Assembly (NCBI GenBank): GCA_043228905.1
Contig: JBHGNT010000010.1
Coordinates: 19,716,001 to 19,780,000 of the forward strand
Direction of reading: 5' to 3'
From: Azolla caroliniana
Taxonomy: Eukaryota > Plantae > Polypodiophyta
Length of the DNA: 64,000 nucleotides
The translations under genes were made by a program, and so were the position numbers. The notes beneath the pieces are model-generated. The model was not told where the DNA came from. It did no database searches and saw only the letters and a program-made list of their open reading frames with translations. Each line of letters begins with the position of its first letter. Within the stretch, counting starts at the first letter, position 1. Below, piece by piece: positions 37,828 to 50,643 of this stretch.

Positions 37828-38718
37828 ATGGGCCATATATTTAATCTCACTTGTATCTATTCTTTCTCCATTGTAGTATTTCCATGCATCTTTTTTTTCT
37901 TTAGGGATCTTAATCTAGCACAATCAATCTCCACAAACCTTATTCAAGATGCAAATGTGCTTCTCACATTCAAATTGAGCCTAACCTCAGGTGGTGAGGA
38001 TCTAACCTCATGGAATAGTTCCTCTATATCTACAATATGCACATCATGGGAAGGAGTGCAATGTAGTTACCTTTCCAATACACCAACAAGAGTACAAAAA
38101 TTAGAGCTTCCTCGAAAAGGCCTCTTGGGTTCAATTCCAACCGCAACCTTATCGACACTTGATGCTATGGATACCCTTAACCTCAGATCAAATCTCTTAT
38201 ATGGCCCTATCCCAAATGATCTCACTAATTGTCACTCTCTTTGTGTCCTTTCCTTAGGAGGGAATGATTTATCAGGGTCCCTTTTAGACAACATTAATTT
38301 CTCATTATGGCCTAGATTACAACTTTTAGATCTCTATTCGAATAGTTTTATCGGTTCCATCCCGCCATCCATAAGTTGTCTTACCAACCTCTCTATATTA
38401 GACTTGGGGGGAAACAATTTCACTGGCCCTATTCCTCAAATAAGTTCTAATACTTTGCAATATTTTGATGTATCAAATAATATGTTGGAAGGTGTGATTC
38501 CAAAATCTTTGTCAAGATTTACAAAGAGCAGTTTCAATGGGAACTTGAATTTGTGTGGGGAGCCATTGTCTTCATGTCCTCCATCACCATCTCCACTAAC
38601 CCTTATTTCACCATATGGTGCCATGCCAATTGAACCTAATCATTCTAATCACATTAGAGGACATGAAGTTATAGCATCACAAATACTTCTAGCCTTGTTC
38701 CTTACATGGACCATATAA
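37828..38718 (+). CDS. LRR receptor-like protein: LRR-III-type ectodomain only, no kinase; hydrophobic C-terminus (possible GPI signal)
   Basis: Signal peptide, LRRNT (LLTFK..LTSWN..CTSWEGVQC), about 5 plant LRRs (LxLxxNxLxGxIP), cap SSFNGNLNLCGEPL..C, Pro-rich linker, VIASQILLALFLTWTI*; no intron. Confidence 0.88.
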   Translation: MGHIFNLTCIYSFSIVVFPCIFFFFRDLNLAQSISTNLIQDANVLLTFKLSLTSGGEDLTSWNSSSISTICTSWEGVQCSYLSNTPTRVQKLELPRKGLLGSIPTATLSTLDAMDTLNLRSNLLYGPIPNDLTNCHSLCVLSLGGNDLSGSLLDNINFSLWPRLQLLDLYSNSFIGSIPPSISCLTNLSILDLGGNNFTGPIPQISSNTLQYFDVSNNMLEGVIPKSLSRFTKSSFNGNLNLCGEPLSSCPPSPSPLTLISPYGAMPIEPNHSNHIRGHEVIASQILLALFLTWTI

Positions 38719-40575
38719 CATATACGAAAACTCTCTCTCTCTCTTTGGTGTATATATCCTGAATCAATACATCACATCTACCACTAAGGGCTTGCTTTTG
38801 TTAGTTCTTTTGTATTACTTAATTATAGAAAGTTTTTGAAAATTTTCACACATTAGAAACATTTTATATATGGAGCCATTGTTAAAAACAAGGAATAAAG
38901 TTCCCCATATGCCAATCATGAAATTACAAATAAAGACTTTTTATATCAAATCATTTGACAACTCATCTGTTCTTTTGACATGAAATTTCAACTTTGGGTG
39001 GCAAACAAGCTTGAGGGGTAAAACAATTGTTTGGCCTATTTTTTAATGGAAAAGAAATCATTCTCATTATAGTGTTTTTTTAAAGAAAAAGATACTTCCC
39101 ATTAGTTAAGTAGAGTGTCTTTACACGCCAATATGTACAACAAAAATGTAATCATAGACATTCAACCATTCTATCTACCACATTATCCCAATATGTGTTT
39201 ATCATCCTGCAATATGTGTGTATCTTCCTATTACTTGTAAAATTTCAGAAAAATCTTATGTACCTTCCTAGTTCGGATGCCAGGGTGAAATTCTCATTAT
39301 CGTGTTGTCAACCATCATTCAAGAATGTCATACATTATAACTTTTTGGTATTGTAACTTGTCAAACATTGTCGAAGACCACCCATTCAATATCTTGATGT
39401 TTTAGAAAAGGATGTGGATTGAGCTAAGGTTTTCCTTTTTGTGAAAGATGGCTTTTCGTGGGGAATTTAGGCTTTGTGGGCAAAAGGATTTGATATGAAT
39501 TCCTCATCAAAGGAAAGACCTTGCAGAAATTCTTGCATGCTTTTGTATTTTCGAGATTTCATTGACATGCTATTAAAACGAAGTTTATGATTCTGTACTG
39601 TATGCAATTTTTACAAAAGCACACATCTGTGCATTCATTCGCAACATTCAATGCCCACTAAATGATTTATAGGGGTTTTATTTACCTTCAGGTTAGGTCC
39701 AGATGCAGTGACCATACTTTGATGGTTCCTGAGAAGCTTGAAAAAGGGTTATTCGTGTCTTTTTGTAATATGACACTAGAATTATGCAGACATACAGCAT
39801 CCCATTTACATGAAACTATCCACCAATTAAAACAACATAAGGAACAAAAATATGCAGTCACTGCTACTACTGCAACTAGACAGACAATTGCCACACCAAA
39901 AAAAATCAATTGCAAATTTCATCAAATATTTGTAGACATATTAAACATGCCAAACTCATTTGTTAGAGACATTTTCTTATAATAATCAACACTTGTCAAA
40001 CAAGCATACAAGCGATTAACTCACAAGGTTATCACCATTATTGGTAAATGGCATCAAGTCAGCAGAAGTGGCCAAATTTCTGCAAGAAAAACTAGAAATA
40101 GATCCTAGTGCAAGTGTTCCAGTTTCAATCATTTATTTGTTCTAGATCTGAACATCAATATAGAATAAAAACTCACAAAACATAAGTTGTGTGGGGCATT
40201 ACATAACATTCAACTTTTAACGCGATACTTAAAAAGATAGGATCTCATTCTTGCTCTAAGTGTAATATTTACCACATGGTAAATAATGTAAACATTTCAA
40301 TTTTATAGGAGTGATCCATGGTTAGATTCTAAATCTTTAATAGAATATAACAAGAAATTGGCGCATAGTCTTTTGTGGCTATCATTGACATGAATTTAGA
40401 ACACAGATACACCAAAATGTCCTGAAAGAAGAAAACCAAGAACCTTAAATATACACATGGAATCTTTCATACTTTAAAAAATATGATGTTTAGACCAACC
40501 AGTTCCTTGTAAACGTGCTAGGGCTCATTACAGTGATGAAATTAGACCAAAGGGTATCAATGATGCTATTAATCA

Positions 40576-43500
40576 TTAATATGTACTCCCTTCTGGAGGT
40601 TGGGGTAGTTTCCTATTATGTGATGCTGACATCTCTCGCTTCAATTCTATCAATATCTTCTCCATATTATACTCTCTTTTCCAATTCGCCAACAAAGGAA
40701 AATGCTTCTTCTCAACCTGTAAAGAAAGACCACAACTTTTTCATATGAACTCTGTATTTTAGGATATTTGAAATCCTATGATAATCTATTTCAAACAAAT
40801 GGTCAGATTGTGAAGTTTTTTATGAGTGCAAGTTATAGATACATATAGAACATCGTCATTCTCTTTTGATCCAAATTGTAAGGTTTTGATGAGTGCAACA
40901 TGTAAACCTAGAAATTCCCTCCCATTTTCTCTCGATCCAAAATTGCAAAAGTTGAATGATGGTCTTTTCGAGGTTCAACATTTTGCTAATGACAATACGC
41001 TTGGACGTACAAAGAGGACCAAAGATAAACTTGTCCTTTCCCCTTAAAGAATGAAGAATATTGATTGGTTATATTCCTTTAAAACCATGAAAATCTAGAC
41101 ATTAGATACTTAAAGACAAATGTATTTTGAAAATTGATTCTCTGCAAATGCAGCTAGCTCTACAAGAAGCTATGGTTCTCTATAAATAAATCTAGCACGC
41201 AAATTTGGTTGCAGAAACAACTAGCATAAATGACCTTAAGAAGTAGAAATAAACGAATAAGTCGCCATCAAAGTGACAACAAATGATTACCACTCCAGTT
41301 TCCTGATTCACACAGCCCATGTTGATTTTCGAGTAGAACTTAACAGTGGGAGGCTTCTCTGGATAATCTTTATCACAGAAGAGCTTCAGTTGATAAATCC
41401 GCCCATCATGCATAGACTGTAGAAAGAAAGAACGGTTAATAAGTGATCATTTAAGTATCATGGCCTAGATTTTATCTTAAAGAACAATCATGAAACAGTG
41501 TGTTATAAACATTTATATTAAATTCATGCACAATTGCTAATAACTGTATTTTTCAATCATCAAAAACCAAAGAGATTTGCACCTAACATAACAATGCTAA
41601 CAATTTTATCTGCAACATCTAAAATTCAAGTAATATTATTGGACTTGATGAACTCAATCCATTTTGCTTACTAAGATAACATATTTATGTACCCATAATT
41701 ACAGATTTAAGATGTGAATCCTGGTAGCCTTCATCTTAAATTTTGGAATATCTTCACTATGTAAATCTCCAAATCACGTGTTACTGACATTTACGAATAG
41801 TGCCCACTTGGTAATTATGTTTATTTAGCACATTATATATAGAAGTTGCATTTAAGTACTGGGCCAAGTTAAATGGAAGCAACTAATTTCAGATGATTTA
41901 AACACGATTATAAGATAGTTAGATCATTGCCATTTCTTGCAATCAAACATGTGAGGCAAAGATATGTAGAAAATACATTAATGTGTAACAAGATATTACT
42001 TGTTTGCAATTCATGAAAATTTGAAAACTTATTTGTATGTTGCTATGCTGCAGTATTTTGCCTTACCACATCCTCTTCTTTCTAAATAATGATCTTACAT
42101 ACAACCAAATATGGGAAAGTGTTTGTCCTGACTATTGTTATTGTACAATGTCCTCTTATTATTGCTTGAACTATGTCTCTTAAGGATCTCTTTCAGAGTT
42201 CTCATCATGATAAAAGAACATATATTGTTGAAATCTATATCCTGATGTGGACATTCCTAATGCCATATCAATTGCATTACGCATATATAGATCATACACT
42301 GTATTTTCCTGAAGTGTGCATTCATAGCATGTGTAACAGTTGAATATGCATACTTTGAACATATAAAAACTACAAGTATAGCAATTATGCATATTCATCT
42401 CATATAGAACTCTGTATTCCTAAATGCCAATTCATATAAACCTCTGCAATTTGAATATGCACATCTGCTCATATAAAACTCCAGAATAAACACTTACATT
42501 ATGGGGTCCAATTATGGTTCCTGTCCATGAGCGCATGAAGATATCATCACCATCATCCATACCATAGCTAACAGTTCCATCACCAATTCCTTTTTCACCC
42601 CTTTCCAGCTCTTCTAGCAACCGAAAGTTTCTAGGAACTACAAAAAAATTACAGTTTCAAAATATTCGAGATTCACCTCATGTTTCAGTGGAGTAAAACT
42701 TGGGATCTTAATAAGTCTTCTAGAGAGCAACAAGAATGGAATCTTCTGTCTGCAACAGGTGTGTTACAGCTGCAATATGACTTCGGCGTGCATAGATTAT
42801 CAATGCAAACAGAAGAAACCAAATTCTCGTAATGTGCTTTGATACAACTATAACATAGCCATATGACTCTTGATGCAAACAGAATAAAACAAAATTCCAA
42901 CCAAATTCTCGTAATGTGCTTTGATACAACTATAACATAGCCATATGTCTCTTGATGCAAACAGAATAAAACAAAATTCCAACCAAATTCTCGTAATGTG
43001 CTTTGATACAACTATAACATAGCCATATGACTCTTGATGCAAACAGAATAAAACAAAATTCCAACCAAATTCTCGTAATGTGCTTTGATACAACTATAAC
43101 ATAGCCATATGACTCTTGATGCAAACAGAATAAAACAAAATTCCTTTGAAAAAGACATTGGAAACAAAACAACTTGCAAATCCCCCATTAGCAGCAAAAA
43201 TAAATAAAAAACAATCAGGTAATAATTGAAATAATCTGCAGATTTGGTTATCTACTTTGTGCATAGCATCATTAGATGTTGTAGCGTCTCTATTTCAAAA
43301 CATATTGGCATCTTATGTTAATGCACACAATAAGCTTGCAACATGAATGAAATGGTATGAGTTGCAATCATCTTGAGAAAGAATACATACAGGATAAAGA
43401 TAAGTGTAATTTAATAAGTACAATTAATCCATAATTTTCTAACCTTTATACCTACAAGGACCTAGGGTATAGATTGTAACTTTAAAGGAATAATTAAATC

Positions 43501-44367
43501 TGTCACCATTTCTAATGCATCATACCAATAATCCTCATAGTGATTGATGCTCAAATAATGTAATAGAATAGAGATACTTAGTAATTAAATTTTTTTAGTG
43601 CCCAAATGTTCTCAAACCTTAGCATTCTGCAGACATTGTTGCTACATTTCATTTCATCTAACTCTACTAAGTTTGTATGAATATACAGCATTATAGTGCA
43701 CAAGCATAGTTTGAAACCATTGTAATAGAATGACAAGGTACTACATTTCCTTTCACCCCTCTGACTCTCTCGAGACACATGCCTCCAGTGCCAATAACTA
43801 AATAGAAATAGATATAAGTGGCAGGGAAATCGGTCAACATTGGAGCCTTACTAAGTTCTATCCTAAATTTCAGATCCATCACATGGCATAAGCAGAAATT
43901 GCTATGCGAAAGAAGACAAAACTAATCACCCAATCAAGTTCTCTTCTTCCTTTACAGGAAAGCAGACATTGCAGAACAGCAAATAGAATTAGATATCGAA
44001 CTCATCAAGCTTTCGTCATCCTTTACAGAAGAGCAGGAATTGCAAAGCGACAAACAGATCAAGACTTTTGAGCTCGTGGAGCTCTCTCCTTCATTTACAG
44101 AATAGATGGAATTAGGAAGCAGGAAAACAGAACAAGACTTTGGTCAGGTAAGATCTTTCTTCTCCCTTTACAGGAATGCCATAATCGCAAAAGTAGGAAA
44201 CAGAGCAAGACTCCGAGCTGCGCAAACTTTCTACTTTCTTTACCGCAGGGAATTGCAAAGCAGAAGGAGACACTGAACTCATGAGATAATGAAGAAGAAG
44301 AAGAAACAAGAGAGAAAGAGAGAAATGAGGGAATATTACCGACAACAGAGGAACCAGCGGCTGACAT
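40576..44367 (-). CDS. UEV1: Ubiquitin-conjugating enzyme E2 variant (UEV1/MMZ), 144 aa; exons 44367-44340, 42637-42498, 41416-41291, 40716-40576
   Basis: [62 protein letters not shown]; GT-AG introns with consistent phases. Confidence 0.96.
42817..43144. repeat. Tandem repeat, 4 x 82 bp, in UEV1 intron 1
   Basis: GATACAAC recurs at 42841, 42923, 43005 and 43087; copies nearly identical. Confidence 0.95.
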
Positions 44368-44483
44368 GTCTTCCCTCCTCTTACTCGCAGCGAATATAAG
44401 GAAACCTCTTCTCCTTCTTCTTCTTCTTCTGCTAGGGTTTCTGTGTTTCCACAGGGGTTTCTGCTTCCTCTTCACCTTCAGTT

Positions 44484-44524
44484 GGCGATGGCGATGGCGA
44501 TGGCGATGGCGATGGCGATGGCGA
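44484..44524. repeat. (GGCGAT)~7 microsatellite upstream of the UEV1 ATG
   Basis: Visible tandem array. Confidence 0.9.
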
Positions 44525-46121
44525 GCATAGGGTTACTTGCTACAGGTATATGTACATATGTACATACAGATATATATGTATGTATGTAATAAATTATAAT
44601 AATAAATGCAGTGGAAATTAATTAAGTAGGAAGTGGTTCAAAGTTCGAATCCGGCCAAAGCCTACAAAAGCACCAAACAAAATGTTTTATACATAATATA
44701 CATATGTACATGCATGCATGCATACTGTATACATACAACTTACAAGCATACATACATATGTACATACATGCATACATACTTACATGCATGCATGGCCACA
44801 CAAAAATGCATCTCAACTGCCCGAGAAGTCAGTCGTCCACCTGCATGTGGCCAATATAGGGCTTCGTGGGCCCCAACTGCCCGCATGCCCTCGTGCGTGT
44901 AAAAGCGAATATTTGCATGTCGATTACGGAAAACAACCATTCTCGAAATCAACCGGACATTCTCTCTCGTCATGCTGCCCGCCCTCTTCGGCTTCCCGTG
45001 TTTTATGCATGCCCCGAGGTGCTCGCTTTGCTCCCTGGACGACTCGATTAGCTCCACTTTTGCAAGCATACGATTACCTCCACTTTGAAGTACCATTTTA
45101 ACAATAAGATGGAAATAATGTGTCAATTTTCAAATTTGAAAGTTTCATGCGGATCGGAACTTTCGAGCTTCACATTTTTTGAATGTACCCAAAACTAGCA
45201 TGCAACATAAATCGACTTTGGGATTCTGTGTTTTTGAAAACTTTGGTCCTATACTCATCAAATGATGAACACACATTAAGTGCTCGAAAGGTGGTGGTGA
45301 TGGCAATTTTGGCCAAAAAATGAGTTGTATAAAATTGAATCTGGAAACATTTTCGATACATGGTATATGCTTCACAACGTAATGTGAAATTGAACTTCCC
45401 TTAGTTAGGGTACACCACCTAACTATGATGGCTTCATTACATGATCACAGTGAAGTGTGTGCATGAGGCGTAAACTGTAGTTAGTCATTGTGCTAGGAAC
45501 GAGCTTTGTGGAGTGTAAAAGTAGCATGGCCAAAAAACTATCATTTGAAGCATTTTTGTGTCACGCGTCCATCTAGAGGGGGAACATGTATTCTTGCAAG
45601 CATCACATATATTTGGATCTTGGATTGCTAGTTATGTCAGTCGTAATCATGCATTCCCACAAAGGGCCGAGTTTGATGGGTATCACCCCTATTTATAGAA
45701 GCACCGTCATGGTAGGGTGTAGATTCCTTGACTTAAATTGCAGTGGCATAGAATATTGTTGCACTTTTTGAAAGGGGGTATGAATCATTGTGTTGCTTTA
45801 TGAATATACTTCCTTTAGGAAGAAAGGAAAGGAAGACAAAATGAAGTTGGAATATTGCTTTTCTTAATAAACTTAGCTTTCATGGGCCCACCTTGTGGGT
45901 CTCTCAATGTTTATAACATGACTTGGTAATATATACATGGCAAGGCGAGCGAGCCACCGTGGTCACACTAGAACAATATGTATAGATGAGAATGGCATCA
46001 ACTAGAAATTCGTGATAGATGTGTATAACCACGAGGAGAACATGAGATGGAACCACCTTGTGTACCTCGTAGAGACCATGAGGCATACATGACGACTTTT
46101 ATCAATAAACATTGTCACAAT

Positions 46122-46281
46122 TGTTACCGTACGAGATGTACGGGTGATTGATAAGTGTGAGTGTGGTTGATACAAAGAGGTGTGAGTGAGTGACTAGGTG
46201 TGAATGCCCAAGGGGGCTTGCACCCTTGTGTATCAACCACACTCACACTTATCAATCACATGTACATCTCGTACAGTAACA
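46122..46281. mobile_element. 160-bp foldback MITE-like element, ~60-bp TIRs, TGT..ACA ends, 5-bp TSD ACAAT
   Basis: Arms 46122-46182 and 46221-46281 are reverse complements with a few mismatches; ACAAT at 46117-46121 and 46282-46286. Confidence 0.85.
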
Positions 46282-46814
46282 ACAATTATACAAGGACTTT
46301 ATCATGAAGGTGTATACATATATCTAGCAGCTTCGCACTTAAAGTATCTACAACATGATAGAGAGAATAAAAATAAAGATACATAAAAAGACCAAGCATA
46401 TATATGTATCGAACAACCCTAGAATGTTCTTTCAACTTTACCTTTTTTTTTATAGTTAGGGATAAACTTATATTTTGAAAACAAGGGATGTATGTGAATA
46501 TAACTCTTTAAATATAGGGGATACTTTTCATATGACATAGAACTCAAATCAGTAGTTTGTAAACATTGCCCAAAATCTCAACGAGAAATGTATACACTCT
46601 TTCTACTATGGATACTCTATTTACACCCTATGAACATATCAAGTTTAGCCAACACCTATGAACATGGTAAGTTTAACCTACACGTAGAGATACTTAAAGA
46701 AAGATTCGTTGAAACTCCATAAGCATACAAAGACATTAAATAGAAATGGTACGTAGGCATTGTGCTTGATGAAGAAAATTATAAGAAAACCTCGGAAGTT
46801 TTCTTTATATCCCT

Positions 46815-49800
46815 TGTTAAGATTTAGGTAATTAACTACAGGTTAATTAGTACATAATTATGTGATTAAATTAAGCGGAAGATTATGTGATATGTGTGTG
46901 TATGTTCAAAGACTCAATGATTTGATGTGTGCGAGAGGAAGAGAGAGAGGAAGTTACACTTATAAACAACGTAAGATGGGGTATGATTACCTCTATATTA
47001 AATTAGCATCATCAAATACAAAAATACCCACAATGAGGTATATATACATCTCATGTGCAAAGGTGCACATGTGTGAGTAGAATATAGGTACAAAGGTGTA
47101 AGTCCTATATTAAATTAACATGGGAGTGGAGGATCTACAATGTATCCAACTCAAGTACAAAATCCTATTTAAGGCTTTACCATCAACACATTAACTAGAT
47201 TCTATATAGGTAACTACTAAGTTATGTGTATTGACTAACTAACTAACTCTAGTTGAGCTTGATATCTCAACATGCCCCCTCAAGCTCAAGTGTGAAGCGT
47301 TTGACATCTGGTTTTGCTTTCGGCGTTGTCCGGCATTCGATGTCGGCTTCTGTTCGGCTTTCTTTGGCCTTTTTGAGGCGGTTTCGATAGTTTCGGTTCT
47401 CGGCCTTTCCGAGGCAGCTTTGGTTCCTCCCCCTCAAGCTGGTGACGAAGGATTATAGTGTGAAATGGGTGAAGGCCGACTGCTTCCACCCATCGTGGGT
47501 CACGAGCCACTTCATCGCGAAGGCATTATGATGGGTCATATACTCGTTGTAGCCGAGCCGAGCGACGGGGTTCTTCTTTCTAAATGACCATCGATGTTTT
47601 TCGCTTGCCGATGTGAGTGCCTTCTTGACTCCGGGTGTCCACATGATAGGCACACCAGACTCACTGTCTAGTGAGGGAGCTAACACATCTGAATCACTGT
47701 CATCGGGGTGGTCAACTTCGTATACGGGCATCTTACCTTTGCCTTTGTCCAAGGTCATACTTGGCTTATACGTCTCGAATCACCCGAACTGCTCGAGTCA
47801 AAGGGTTATAACACTTGTATGCATTCTTCTCAGACGAGTATCCTACGAGGATAAATTTCTCCGACTTCGCATTGGGCTTTTGTCAAATTTCGTTTGGGAT
47901 GCATACATTCGCAATGCTTCCGAACACCTTGAGGCGATCAACTTCCTTCCGACAAGGAGCTCTTATGGAGTTAGCTCATGTACTCCATTAGTGGTGGATC
48001 GATTCATGAGATAGACAGTCGTGGATGCCGCTTAGGCCCAATAGAAGTTTGAGATGTGCTTCTCATGCATCATGGTGTGTGCTACCTTGGGTATTTGCCG
48101 ATACTTCCTTTCGGCGACTCCATTTTGTTGGGGTGTGTGTCAGCACGAGAATTCTCTTCGAATGCCTCCACGTTGGAGGTAGGAGATGAATTCGTCAGAG
48201 AAGTACTCCGTTCATCCATCTTATCTTAGGCATCGAATGTGCCAACTGGTTTCTTTTTCCACTTGGCCCTTGAGCTTCGCTCATCTTCTTCATCGAGAAG
48301 ATCCACGTATAGTGTGAGTAGTCGTCGATGAAGGTGACATAGTATCGGCATCCGCCGATCGTCGACGTTTGAGCCGGTCCCCATACATCCAAATGTATGT
48401 CGTCGAGGAGGCCTTTGCTTACGTAGCTCTCCTTCGGGAATGGGGGTCAATGTTGTTTGCCGAGTTGGCATGTTTCGCATACTCGGTCGACTCATTTGGA
48501 CTCGAATATCGGAAGTTCGATGATGACTCCCTTTGATTATATCGCTCAAAGCCTTTGGAGGTTTATGTAGCCGATTCGCTTGTGCCACAACTCAATGCTT
48601 GTCTCGGTTTTGAGACCTTTGGCATACATGGCCGATTTCACCTCGTTCAAATCGATAATGAACATTCAACCATCTCTCCGTCCTTTACCTATGAGTCGGC
48701 CATCTTTCTTGATGAAGTATCCTTCGTTGTTGAACCGAACTTGCATGCCTTGCTCCAATGGCAGTGAGAGTGATAGTGATATTATACCTCCCAACATGTT
48801 GACTCTATCTTTGAGCGCGATAGAATGAAGATGTGTAGAAGTCAAAGTCTCTGGGATTATTGCACGTGATTTGGCCAACTGAGACCAAATTATTCGTTAT
48901 TGTGGGCACATGCAAGACATTCTTGATGCAATTGTTTTGGTTGTCATTGCTAATGTGCCAAATCGGATCTATGGTGTTGTCTTCTCCCATCTCTATGAAG
49001 CCGGGTCCATCTGGTGTTCGTAAGTCACGAAACCACTCTTGGTGTGACGTCATATGATGTGACGCTCCGGAGTCGACGAACCACACGTCTTCCGAGTTGG
49101 AGGTGCTCGTGGAGTCGGAGATCAACATAGAGTTTGCTTTATGTCTTATTATGAATAGGCCACCGTAGTCGTCGTATTCGGAGTTGGTGGCGTAGTTTGT
49201 TAGTTGTCGGCTCATCGAAGCCGACTTGCTTCTTCTTTTTCGGCACTCCTCCTCGCAGTGATCGATTTTTCCGCAATAGTTACAAGTAGCGGGCCTCGTT
49301 TGCCGACCTTGTTTGGCATGGAAGCTCCCCCTTCTTTTGAAGGTTCCTCAATGGTTTCCGTCTCTGTTGTCGAATGTTTGAGTTCCCTTCGTGAGATGGG
49401 TTGAATTGACCTCTTCTACCGCCTTGACCTCGTCCTCGGCCACCATCCGACGTCTTGGTCTTGGTTTGGACGTGGTTCTCTTCGACCAATAACATTGATT
49501 GGAGGTTGAAGAATGAAGGAAGGTTTTCCCTCGCCAAGATTGTTGTCCTTAACGAGTCGAATCGTTGTGCGAGGCCGCCCAAGCATACTTGAACCATCTC
49601 GTCTTCGTCGATGTTTATGTTGATGGAACCAAGAGAGTCGCAAATGCTCTTTATCTTGACGATGTAGTCCAACACAGACATATCTTTTTGCCGAATGTTG
49701 TTCAACTCTTGTCGGACTTGAAGCTTTCGGGCGGTCGTGTTGGCTACGAACATGTTCTTCAAGTTCTCCCACGCCTCTTTAGGCGTCTCGAATGTGGCTA

Positions 49801-50643
49801 AGCATGTGGTCATGGACACATGTTGCCAAGCAATACATTACCCGACTCGCTCCTTGCTCCCACGTTGGGTAGTTGGCGTTTGTAATGTCGAGTTTGTTTT
49901 CGAGTGCGTCGTTGATGTAGCTCCAATACCCTTGGCTGACAAGGTATTGGTTCATCTTGTACTCCCAAGATGAATAATTGCTCTCATCTAGCTTTTCACT
50001 AGGTAGTGAGCTACCCATTTGTGTGTTCATGTTGATTAGTGTCTTCTCGTCTTTTGCTTTTCTTCCTTCCATCATGTACACGTGCTATGTAGCGGCACTA
50101 CGGTAATTGATAGCATGATTTGTCATCAGTGTCTCGAACACATAATCACAGAGTTGGGTGGGCTTGGTCTATTTTCTAAACCACACACTCTGATACCATG
50201 TTAAGATTTGGGTAATTAACTACGGGTTAATTAGTACCCTAGTTATGTGATTAAGTTAAGCGGAAGATTATGTGATATGTGTGTATGTGTGTGAGAGGAA
50301 GAGAGAGAGGAAGTTACACTTATGAACAACGCAAGATGGGGTATGGTTAACTCTATATTAAATTAGCATTATCAAATACAAAAATACCTACAATGAGGAG
50401 GTATATATATATATATATATCTCATGTGCAAAGGTGCACATGTGTGAGTAGAATATAGGTACAAAGGTGTAAGTCCTATATTAAATGAACATGGGAGTGG
50501 AGGATCTACAATGTATCCAACTCAAGTACAAAATCCTATTTAAGGCTTTAACGTCAACACATTAACTCCATTCTATGTAGGTAACTACTAAGTTATGTGT
50601 GTTGACTAACTAACTAACTTCAGTTGAGCTTGATATCTCAACA
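46815..50643 (-). mobile_element. Ty1/copia element G, degenerate, RT/RNase H deleted
   Basis: LTRs 46815-47272 and 50199-50643; PBS-iMet 50187-50198; PPT; gag, WFVDSGAS and integrase remnants; TSD imperfect (TCCCT/TTCCC). Confidence 0.9.

Noticed and set aside
40059-40100. Acceptor-like TTTTTCTTGCAG (- strand) downstream of UEV1 suggesting an alternative last exon
   Set aside because: No supporting donor or homology; needs transcript data.
42817-43144. CRISPR-like array
   Set aside because: Whole 82-bp units repeat with no unique spacers, no cas genes, and it lies in a eukaryotic intron.
44540-44800. TACA/CATG-rich ORFs here and at 51025-51587, plus Phe/Leu-rich ORFs at 52254-52904
   Set aside because: Low-complexity promoter or intron sequence producing spurious ORFs.
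44800-46100. Possible decayed transposon sequence (also 57400-58330)
   Set aside because: No termini, TSD or protein motif could be established by eye.
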